The position numbers were made by a program, and so were the translations under genes. The notes under the pieces were generated by a model. The model saw nothing but the letters and a program-made list of their open reading frames with translations, did no database searches and was not told where the DNA came from. DNA of 64,000 nucleotides. Source: Octopus bimaculoides (taxonomy: Eukaryota). Below, piece after piece: positions 53,626 through 64,000 of this stretch. The DNA lies in assembly GCF_001194135.2 (NCBI RefSeq), contig NC_068984.1, positions 134,841,371 to 134,905,370 of the forward strand. The letters are read 5' to 3'. Numbering within the stretch: the stretch's first letter is position 1; the number at the start of each line of letters is the position of its first letter.

Positions 53626-54049
53626 ACACACACGAACACACACGCGCGCGCACACACACATGACACACACGCACAAACATACTCATACATATGTAGCATA
53701 TAAGACATGTTCAATATTTTGTATTTCCACGAATAAATTGAAAACCATTGACTTTTGTCTTAATTGTTGATGCTCCTCTCCCCACCAGTGCTTCAACCAC
53801 AGTATTATGGTTTACCTCACCTCCTTGTAAATATCATCATACATCTACGCATGTACGTCTGTATCTACATATACAAATTATTGCGAGGTGGGGGGCACCA
53901 ACTTCGAGACACTACCGCATATGTCAGTAATATATTGCCAATATGATATTGGCCTTGAAGTTTTATTAGGTTGAATTACTGGCGCTAATTCATGATGCAC
54001 AATTTAACTTCATGCACCGTTTAACATCTTAATACATACATAAAATTAA

Positions 54050-54385
54050 CATCATGCTTCCGGTTTCCGTTCCACTGCGTGGAAACTTGGGGCAAGTGTC
54101 TTCTACTACAGTCTCGGACCGACCAAAACCCTGTGAGTGGATTTGGTAGATGAAAACTGAAGGAATATGTGTGTATGTCTTTGTATCTATTTGTCCTCCA
54201 CGATGGATGTTGGTGTGTTTACATCCCTGTAAATGAGCGATTCACCAAAAATGATCGATACATTAAGCACCGCGCTTAAAATAAAGAGAGTATTGGAGTT
54301 GATTCGTTCAACTAAAATTCTTCAAGATGATGCCCCAGCATGGCCGCAGTCTAATGACTGAAACAAATAAAAGATAAAAGATAAA
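54050..54385 (+). mobile_element. SINE family B
   Basis: ccactgcgtggaaacttggggcaagtgtcttctactacag...gatttggtagatgaaaactgaag...gccccagcatggccgcagtctaatgactgaaacaa. Confidence 0.85.
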
Positions 54386-55911
54386 AATATATTGGAATAA
54401 AGCATCGTTTCTCAGACCAAGAAATTTTTGAGCTGTCAGTGTAGAATACTGAGCAATTTTTTTTATTAACTAAAGCTATACAACACACAACATTCGTCGT
54501 CGAAAATAGACTTTGATGTTTCTGACTAAGAGGCATTGATGTAAAACAGTGAGGAGCCGACGTCTCTAACGACCTCGAATAACCTAGCCTCGAGATGAAA
54601 CAGAAATGTTTGACTTGGATGCACCGAAAGTCTCCTTTCATTCTAATATATTTATAATGATAATTAAAAAACACCATATTTCCGGAGAGAAAGAGAGTGA
54701 CAGAGTCTTTAATTTTGACAAGGATCCGACTAATCAATCTTTTATACTTATTGAGACTGAAAGAAAGATAATCTTATATTCACACAATGATACTCAAGTA
54801 TAAAAATGAGTGAATAAAAGGAAGATGCGCCGTAGCGAAGCAGATAAAATGTGAACTCAAAAGACTTCTTTAGTTTCAAGTCTTGAAACAGAAAATAGGG
54901 AAAAATGAATGCCCAGGTGAGTAATATACCATCAACAACTCCCAGTATTTTTCACATAAATAAATAAATAAATGAAATAAAAAAAGGAAAGAAGTCGTAT
55001 GAATGACTCTTCTCACGATGTAGGAAAACGAAACAAATTGAATATCGTATTATATTATGCCAATCAACCATTTCTAAGAGCCATACAATTCATTTGCGTA
55101 AACAACAGCATAAAAATATCCCAAGTGGCAACTTGTCAGAGTCGTACTTCAGTTTCAGAACTGGGTAATCATTTAAATCATCTAAAATCTATAAAAAAAT
55201 AAGCAAAAAACAAACCGATTTGCTAACCTTTCTAACCTCTCGAAAATGCGCTACAGCTTTTAGAATAAAAAAAAATACCGAGTAAGAAACGATAGTGCAA
55301 TATGCAAAAAACAAAACAAAAAATAAATAAATAAATAAATAAATAAATAGAATAAAAAAGAAGAATAGTGTTGAGTTGTAAGACATACAGCTATTACTGT
55401 TTTCGCTTACCTCACACATTTCGAATATTTCGGAGAGAATTATAAGCATGAAAGGCTGTCTAATTACGAAGGTCGCTTTGCAGCTAGATACCTTTTCCAA
55501 GTGAAGCACCAAAAAGATCAATCTGGAATACATTTTCTCTAATAACGTAGGGAAAACAATTCTCCATGTTCTTCGCCAGGCTGATAGACAAATTTGACAG
55601 TTTTATATTATCTGAATTTTATTTAATATGGCAATTTGTCCGCCATTCCCACCGGAGTTCTACTTCCCTTATGAGAAACAGTGATTTAATGAAAAACCGG
55701 CTGCTATTTCTAGGCAATGACTGACGCTCTCACGCAGAAACTCCCAGCTTGTCGCCAACCGTTGTTGCCGGTTTATTTGTTCATTGCTCGAGATGCCGTT
55801 CGTCATTCGAAGACGTCTTATGTTTGAAAAACTGTTCGTAATCTGATGTTTCACTGTAAATAGAATATTCTATAAGTATGTATATAGAATATTCTATAAG
55901 ATGTTCCAGTG

Positions 55912-56170
55912 TAGGCGCAGGAGTGGCTGTGTGATAAATAGCTCGCTTACCAACCACATGGTTCTGGGTTCAGTCCCACTGCGTGGCACCTTGGGCAAGT
56001 GTCTTCTTCTATAGCCTCGGGCCGAGTGGATTTGGTAGACGGAAACTGAAAGAGGCCCCTCGTATATATATATATNNNNNNNNNNNNNNNNNNNNNNNNN
56101 NNNNNNNNNNNNNNNNNNNNNNNNNNNNNNNNNNNNNNNNNNNNNNNNNNNNNNNNNNNNNNNNNNNNNN

Positions 56171-56213
<43 letters not shown>

Positions 56214-56472
56214 ATGTGTGTGTGTGTGTGTGAGTGTGTGTGTGTGTGTGTATGTTTGTGTGTCTGTGTTTGTTCCCCCAACATTGCTTGACAATCGATG
56301 CTGGTATGTTTACGTCCCCGTAACTTAGCGGTTCGGTAAAAGTGACAGATAAAATAAGTACTAGGGTTACAAAGAATAAGTCCTGGGGTCGATTTCCTCG
56401 ACTAAAGGTGGTGTCCCAGCATGGCCGCAGTCAAATGACTGAAACAAGTAAATGAGTAAGAGTAAAAGAGAG
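55912..56472 (+). mobile_element. SINE family B, near full length, with internal microsatellite and gap
   Basis: ggcgcaggagtggctgtgtg...gggttcagtcccactgcgtggcaccttgggcaagtgtc...aagtaaaagag; flanked by a 22-bp direct repeat tgtatatagaatattctataag (55879-55900, 56473-56494). Confidence 0.9.
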
Positions 56473-57119
56473 TGTATATAGAATATTCTATAAGTATTCA
56501 AATGATTTCATTATCAGACCGTACATAAACGCAAGCAAACTATTCAAAGTTTCCCTTTTTGCATCCTTTATCTATCTACCTTCCTTCTTCGCTGCCTTCC
56601 TTCTGTTTTATTTCATTCTATCTTTAGTGTTCCCTCTGCCACTCTGCTTGCCGGTCTGTCTATCTATATTGTAGTCAGTCTACCTGTTCTTGCGTGGTGA
56701 TTCGACCGTCTACCTCCCTACCTACCAAATTTCCCCTTCGTTTTACTACTTCCTCCTGTCCCTTTCTAACAAAAAACTGGACCATAGTGACTCATGCCTT
56801 GTGAATTCTAAATAAATATATTCTGATACCTTTCTACAAATTTAATTTTAAGCAAATATGAATGTATCTCACTAAAAAAGCAATTATATTGACTGATATT
56901 AAACACGTGCGTGCGTGTGGTTGTTCGTGTGTGCATGTGTGAGTGTGTGTTTGCGTGTGTGTATGTGATTGTGTGTGGATGCGAACGCGTATGCATCATT
57001 TTTCATATTGTCATTCGAGTAAAGGCGGTGCTCCAGCATGGCTGCAGTCAAATGACGGAAACAAGAAAAAACATATATATGTATATAAATGTATGTATAT
57101 AATTTTTAAAGCGCACAAC

Positions 57120-57237
57120 AAGGCAAGGCAAACATCTCAAGTCGGATACAAGATTATTATTGGAAATATTTCTTTCCAGTAATAAATTTTTTTCCAATAA
57201 TAATATTGTATACGACTTGAGATGTTTGCCTTGCCTT
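57120..57237. repeat. Near-perfect inverted repeat (47-bp arms, 24-nt spacer)
   Basis: 57120-57166 versus the reverse complement of 57191-57237 differ at only 2 positions. Confidence 0.95.
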
Positions 57238-57384
57238 AATGTCTGTTGTCCTCTTTAAAAATTATATATCCGCTGCATCGGAGATTTGCAATGGCTCCAT
57301 GACTACCGTCTCGTCTATAAGCTTGGAGCCGTTACAACACTCAGCTGGGGTACCTAATCATTTAGATCACCTGTGAACTAAACC

Positions 57385-57541
57385 GCCACAACGGGTTTCT
57401 TTCAGTTTCCGTCTACCAAATCTATTCACAAGGTTTTGGTAGGGCCGAGGCTAAGACACCTGCCCAAGGTGCCAGGCAGCGGGACTGAACCCGGAACCAT
57501 GTGGTTGGGAAGCAAGCTTCTTACCATAAGCCACTCCTGCG
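57385..57541 (-). mobile_element. SINE family B, 5' half
   Basis: Reverse complement gcaggagtggcttatggtaagaagcttgcttcccaaccacatggttccgggttcagtccc... Confidence 0.85.
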
Positions 57542-57547
57542 CTTATA

Positions 57548-57578
<31 letters not shown>

Positions 57579-57692
57579 ATNNNNNNNNNNNNNNNNNNNN
57601 NNNNNNNNNNNNNNNNNNNNNNNNNNNNNNNNNNNNNNNNNNNNNNNNNNNNNNNNNNNNNNNNNNNNNNNNNNNNNNNNNNNNNNNNNNNN

Positions 57693-57729
<37 letters not shown>

Positions 57730-59103
57730 TATACATATACATGTGTCTATGTGCGGGCGTATGTGTGTGTGTACGTATGTAGGTATACATACTTCATATT
57801 TGTATGTATGTGTGCATATATATATACACATTATATATGTATGTATATATTTGTGTGTGTATATATATATATGTGTGTGTGTGTATGTGTGCGTGCGTGC
57901 GTGTGTGTGTGTGCGTGTGTGTGTGTTAACCTGCATTCATAGTTCTCTGCAAAGAAGATATATCCATACAAGCATATAATCAGTTGCTCACATTCATCTC
58001 GACATAGATGTAAAGGCATCAACATCCTGTTGGTTACGCTCTTATGATAACTCATTCCAATCGGTTACGGATGAATATTTAGATATTCACCATTTGATAA
58101 CAGTATAAAAATCATTTCGTCAATATTCTGCTCATTTGTAACTTCTTTTTCCTGTCTATCTCTCTCTCTATTTCCTTCGACTATTTTCAAACCTAAGCCA
58201 TCTCCTCTACTAGCTATCGCTGCTACCTACTTCGAGTAACCTACAAGTAAATCCACCTGAAAGACAGATGCTTTGATAGCCAATATAATGAATATATAAA
58301 TGCACAAGAATATTTTTTTTTATCTGTCACACGTTCTTAGAGCTGCGTTCTAAATTATTACAACGTTAACAGCAGCCACCATATACCAATATGACAATGA
58401 CTATAGAAATGAACACAATAACGACTACTGCCACCACGGCAATCACTAACACACAATTGCTATTTCAATATCAGGAGACTGTTTCTCTAAAACAGCTACA
58501 TCCCATTACAATTATAAGGATCAGTATTTTAATGGCTGCCAATCTGAATCCACGATAAAGACCAGTAAAACTCCAAATATCCAGACATCATTACCACCCG
58601 CATCAGAATCATCAACAATGGCGGTGCTCCAGCATGGCCGCAGTCAAATGACTGAAACAAGTAAAAATAGTAAAATAGTAAAATGGGAACACTAAAATGC
58701 ATTATAACAAATGAACAGCAATGGCTCTTATGAAAAGACATCAGTTATATAGACATAATAAAAAAGTTAGCTACTAAAACCGCCAAAAAACCGCAACCAA
58801 AACCAACACCGCGTCAGACAGCAACTAATAACAACATATATACCATACATTACCAGCTTCTACTCTTAACATAACTACTGCATCCACCACCTCTGTACAC
58901 GTTTGTACCATAGAAAGCAACCGACAGCTTCATTCATCACTTTCGAGCATCACCCTCACAGCAACCACATACTCACACACGAAAACAGTCAGTCATTCAC
59001 ACTCTGTCTGTCTTTCTGTGCACTCCCACCACTTTCCTCCAACACATCTACAGGTACCTCACTAAATAAAATATTATAGAGGAAGTTAGCTATACATACA
59101 CAC

Positions 59104-59159
<56 letters not shown>

Positions 59160-59201
59160 TGCATCAGCATGGCCGCAGCTCTGAGCTGAAACTTTGAAAA
59201 G

Positions 59202-59242
<41 letters not shown>

Positions 59243-59408
59243 ATATATATGCATACACACACACATATATGTATATATATATATTCATACGTATGTGTGC
59301 CTGTCTGAATGTATATATTATGTTAATTAGATAGTATACTGTTCTGTTAAACCGGATTGTTTCTTTGTAGCGAAAGGTTTTATGCGGTTGATTTTACTCA
59401 AGCGCATT

Positions 59409-59409
59409 C

Positions 59410-59484
<75 letters not shown>

Positions 59485-59498
59485 CATACATACATACA

Positions 59499-59534
<36 letters not shown>

Positions 59535-59540
59535 TACAAA
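59409..59540. repeat. (TCTA)n(CATA)n microsatellite
   Basis: Seen directly. Confidence 0.95.
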
Positions 59541-60271
59541 TATATATGTATGTATTCCTATATGTATGTGCGTGTGTATGAGTGTGTACGTTTATATATA
59601 TACCATGAGAGAAAGACTCGTATTTATACACTCGTATTTATACTCGTATTTATACGTATGCAGAGTGTTTATATACATGAGTATATGTATATATACTTGC
59701 ACATACACACACATGCGCACACATGCGCACATACACATACATCTATGAGCATCAATATAGAGCATATAAATGCATATGCGTGCGTGTCTACGTGTGGCCA
59801 CGCACATAGCACATACAGTGTATATAAGTGTGCGTGTATATGTTTGTGCGTGCCTGAGAGTGTGGGCAAAGAATAACAGAATAAATAAGAAAACAAACAA
59901 ACACAAACGAATAGAAATCAATAGAAGCAAGCAAGCGAACAAGCAAGACTGTTTAGTCAATAGAAACATTCATTAAAGAATGGCAAAATATATATTTAAT
60001 ATCACTATTGATTTGGCATCGGAATGATAGGACATTTACACTCTCCCCCCCCCCTCGCTCTCACTTACTTCTCTCTATCTGCCTCTCTCCTTTACTTTCT
60101 CCTAATTTTCTCTCTTTCCGTTGTTCATTTTTCTTTCCCTCTTTGTCTTTTGATATCTACTTCCAATTCTTCTTCTCGTTCGTGAACACCTCACTCCTAT
60201 CCATTTTTTCTTTCGTTCATTCTTTCCTTCTCACCTTTCCTCTCTCTCTCTCTCTCTCTCTCGCTCTCTCA

Positions 60272-60307
<36 letters not shown>

Positions 60308-61328
60308 TGTTCTTTTTTTTTTCGACGCCTCCGCCGTTCCTCTTTTCTAATTTCACCCGTTCTAGTTTTACTATTTCTCCTTCATTCCCATTTTGTATGT
60401 AATATTTATATACTTGTTTTATTTGATCGATCTGTCTTCAATGGTGTATGTTGCTTTTATTTTACATTTGACTCTGTTTTTGTTATTGCTGATGTTGTTG
60501 TTGTGGCTGTTTTTGCTTGGGAGATGAAGGAACGAAGGGAGGTGGCGATGCTTATTTAATTATTTATTCATTTCTTATTTTTTCATTATTTCTATTATTT
60601 ATTCATTTTTCTTGTTTCTATTTCACCACTCGCTCTCTAGCCCGTTCACTGCATCTCAGTTTCAACATATGAATGAGCTGCAATGAGCGCTAATCATTCC
60701 CCTGCTCTACCTATTCCCTTTGTTTGACGCACCAGTGTGCTATTACCAATCCACAAACGAAGGTTTCCTTACGTTCTCTGACCCAACAACGCATAAACTC
60801 CACAACAATGAGCTCAAACCTTCATGACGTATTGCAACAGACGAATACCACGTCAAAAATTCTGAGCTCTGTACTTGTTTTGGTCTCCTTGCTGAAAACA
60901 TCATGTGGTAATCGATCAAAAACAACAAACTCTCTCAGAATAAATACATATACGCATAACTATGTACACAACCCATCCATATATNNNNNNNNNNTATATA
61001 TATACACATCTGTGTACACATATAGGCTGACATTGATTAGTGGTTCAATGAATTATGCAAAGTTTGTTGAAAGTCCACCGTTTAATGCAAACGTATATTT
61101 AATAATATTCCTCAGTATAACAGGCAGAAGTCGATACATATATGTATACATGCAAACATATCCATCCATGCATACGTACATACATACATATACAGACACA
61201 AAAATATATGCATATATATATATATATATATACGCACACTTAAATATATGAATATTTATGTCTATATGTGTGTGTATATATATGTATATATTCATATATA
61301 TACATATACATACATACACACACACACG

Positions 61329-61374
<46 letters not shown>

Positions 61375-61404
61375 CACACGCCCACATATATATATATTAG
61401 GATT

Positions 61405-61552
61405 CCTTATATTCACACGCTGATATATGACCTATGTTGGACCCCTTATTAGCATAACCACCGAACCTGGAGCTTAACTGTGGTCTATCCATAGCACTTA
61501 TTCAGCATTACCTGAAACCTCTGGGTCTAATTGACACCACTATCGCTCATAA
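61405..61552 (+). repeat. Unclassified dispersed repeat (first copy 45367-45480)
   Basis: Direct match to 45367-45480, with extra internal sequence in this copy. Confidence 0.85.
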
Positions 61553-61694
61553 CATATATATATATGGGGGGGGGGACTTTGTGTGTAGCTAAACACAAGT
61601 CGTAAGAGCACTATTGCGTACACTCCTACAGGGTTTGGGGAAGATACAAAGACATTCGCTCAGATATATATATACACTTATACGCATGTTCATA

Positions 61695-61862
61695 TACGGC
61701 GGGCTTCTTTCAGTTCCCGTCTACCGAGTCCACTGACAAGGCTTTGAAAGCCAGCCCGTAGCAATAGTAGAAGACACCTGCCCAAGGTAGCACGCAATGA
61801 GAATGAACTCGGAACCATGTGGTGGTTAGGAAGCAAGCTTCGAAACTTACAACCTCGCCTGT
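61695..61862 (-). mobile_element. SINE family B, 5' half
   Basis: ggcgggcttctttcagttcccgtctacc...agaagacacctgcccaagg...ggaaccatgtggtggttaggaagcaagctt. Confidence 0.8.
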
Positions 61863-62041
61863 GGCGATGCGACAATGGATCAGCGCGCCGCTGCCGCCGC
61901 TCGTCGCGACGGCCGCGGCGGTATTCAGAATAATAATAAGCAGAAGAAAGAGCGAAATAAATTTGCAGTGACCATACAGTAATTACATACTATAAGACTG
62001 ACTTCATCGTTTGCCCAGAAGAGGCTGAGCCGTATGACAAG

Positions 62042-62277
62042 AAGGCGACGAGCTGGCAGAAACGTTTGCACACCGGGCGAAATGCTTAGCGGTATTTCGT
62101 CTACCGTTACGTTCCGATTTCAAATTCCGCCGAGGTCGACTTTGCCTTTCATCCTTTCGGAGTCGATGAATTAAGTATTAGTTACACACTGAGGCCGATG
62201 TAATCGACTTAATCCCTTTGTTTGTTCTTGTTTGAACCCTCTATGTTTAGCCCCTTGTGGGCAATAAAGAAATAAGA
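62042..62277 (+). mobile_element. SINE family A, full length
   Basis: Collinear with 37094-37327. Confidence 0.9.
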
Positions 62278-63067
62278 ATGCAGGTGATTTGTGTTAGGAT
62301 GATGGTAGGCTTGAACTTTTTGGTAAGTTATTCGTTCGTTATTTTATTTGTGAGACTTATATGTGCTTTTTCTGCATTACTCCATGCATCTGTGTATGCT
62401 CATTTGAGAGATTTGCAAAGTGTTTCAGAACAGAATATGACGTATGTTTCAGTACCAAAGCGCATGCGTGTGTATCTATTAATATATTAACACCTATGCA
62501 TGAAACCTTTGAGATAAACACGTATGAGCATTTATTTGTCAGTGAATAAAAATAAGGTGACGGGTTGATGTATGGATTTATTAAAAGAAAAAGAGAAAGA
62601 TATATTCCTTTTCCTACTTTGTTTATTTGTAAACGAATTTATTGTAGGCCGAAGAAATAGTCTGGTTTATTGAATTACTAAAGTACAATTACTTGGGAGC
62701 TAAGACTTTCTGCATAGAGGAAATCACTACTAAGACATCGCTAGTCAGGTCGTGAAATGATATATAAATGTAATCGTAAAATCAGTTCTTGTTATTGCTG
62801 ATAGAATACCTGTACGGGATTTAAGGCGGTGTCTACGCATCATAGATATAGAAATATTGATTCTCTGCCAGTGTTACTTTTTCATGCTTAAAGTTGAGAG
62901 TATTTCTGAGTTACAAAGTCCGAAGGAAATATATGACTGCGATAAACAGGCGCTAAAAGAGTTCACTTGATGATTGAAGGTTTATTGTTATTTTTGTCAT
63001 GATATAGATCATAACATATGTCCTGTTTCTATGCTCGACCAGAGAGGTTTTAATATTCTTTTCTACT

Positions 63068-63545
63068 CTAGGCACAAGGGCCGAAAGTTTTGGGGGAGAG
63101 GGCGAGTCGATTAGATCGACCCCCAGTACGCAAGTAGTACTTAATTTATCGATCCCGAACGGATGAAGGGCAAATTCGACCTCGGCGGAATTTGGACTCG
63201 GAACGTGAGACAGACGAAATACCGCTAAGCATTTCGCCCGGCGTGCTAAAGATTCTGCCAGCTCATCGCCTTTAAATATTTATTTCTTTATTGCCCACAC
63301 GCGGCTAAACGTCCAGGCGACAAACAAAAACAGACAAAGGGATTAAGTCGATTACATCGACTCCAGTGCGTAACTGGTACTTAATTTATCGATCCCGAAA
63401 GGATGAACGGCAAAGTCGACCTCGGCAGAATTTGAAGTCAGAACGTAACGGCAGAGGAAATACCGCTAAGCATTTTGCGCGGCGTGCTAACGATTCTTGA
63501 TTTTTTTATTGCCCACCAGGGGCCAACATAGAGGGGACAAAACAA
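63068..63545 (-). mobile_element. Tandem cluster of family-A SINEs (63068-63272, 63275-63498, tail fragment 63499-63545)
   Basis: Two copies of gtcgacctcggc(g/a)gaatttg...aaataccgctaagcattt, abutting in the same orientation, plus a third tail. Confidence 0.88.
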
Positions 63546-63689
63546 TCTGATTTTGGGGTCCGATACTAACAAATAGTATAACATTAAGGTGATATTAAAA
63601 AATTCAATACAAAATATAAATACGAATGATAAACACAACAAAAGACAAAACAGATGGAGTGATGGTTAAGCTTCTGACCCCACGAGCCC

Positions 63690-63935
63690 TAATCCACCAC
63701 TGATACCGGTGACAGACCTTTGTCATGTTCACGTGGTTACACACATGCACAACATTCGAACCACGTACTTCCATCTATCATTTTCTCTGACAGGTATTTT
63801 CTCTCCAACCTTACTTTCCTTTTCAAATGAAAAGCGAAATATCTTTGTAGATCGAGGCCAGAGATGATGCTCCTTACATTCTCATCTTCCATACTGCCGC
63901 TTCCGCGATTGCAACTACTATGAGAAAGCAATTCT
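63690..63935 (-). mobile_element. L1/Tx1-like LINE ORF2 3' fragment
   Basis: SGLDLQRYFAFHLKRKVRLERKYLS resembles, from memory, the L...F.FHLKRK.R.ER..L C-terminus of mollusc Tx1/L1 elements. Confidence 0.55.
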
Positions 63936-64000
63936 TACCTTCTTTCGTCAGGAAATCATATCTATATGTCTGTATATCTATCTATAAATGTGTATATATA

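Noticed and set aside
1460-61452. Long ORFs rich in YI/HT/CV/LSIY repeats or X runs (e.g. 10276-10989, 46654-47595, 48558-49705, 59382-59876)
   Set aside because: They are translations of microsatellites and N-gaps, not genes.
1-64000. CRISPR arrays, rRNA, prokaryotic operons or defence systems
   Set aside because: The sequence is animal repeat-rich DNA, with no regularly spaced repeat-spacer units, rRNA-like segments or dense coding regions.

Overview
This is AT-rich, repeat-dense animal genomic DNA from a fragmented assembly: 12 N-gaps, most flanked by (TA)n or other microsatellites. The SINE and LINE sequences match octopus-type repeats as I recall them, so Octopus/cephalopod origin is an inference. 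I could not confidently identify any host protein-coding gene. Most ORFs in the supplied track are artefacts of microsatellites, N-gaps or SINEs. The recognisable coding remnants are all decayed transposon fragments: restriction-like-endonuclease non-LTR 3' ends, RTE-like 3' ends with C2H2 fingers, CR1/L2-like, L1/Tx1-like, Penelope RT, Ty3/Gypsy integrase and Tc1/mariner. More than 25 copies or fragments of about four tRNA-derived SINE families are present. The most notable signals: (i) three different minimal type I hammerhead-ribozyme-like motifs of the Penelope kind (17673-17718, 21458-21493, 45251-45298); (ii) a ~670 bp palindromic dimer in which two tRNA-like Pol III heads sit head to head and one arm ends in a hammerhead motif; (iii) a near-perfect 47-bp-stem hairpin at 57120-57237. 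No rRNA, bona fide tRNA or CRISPR array is supported.
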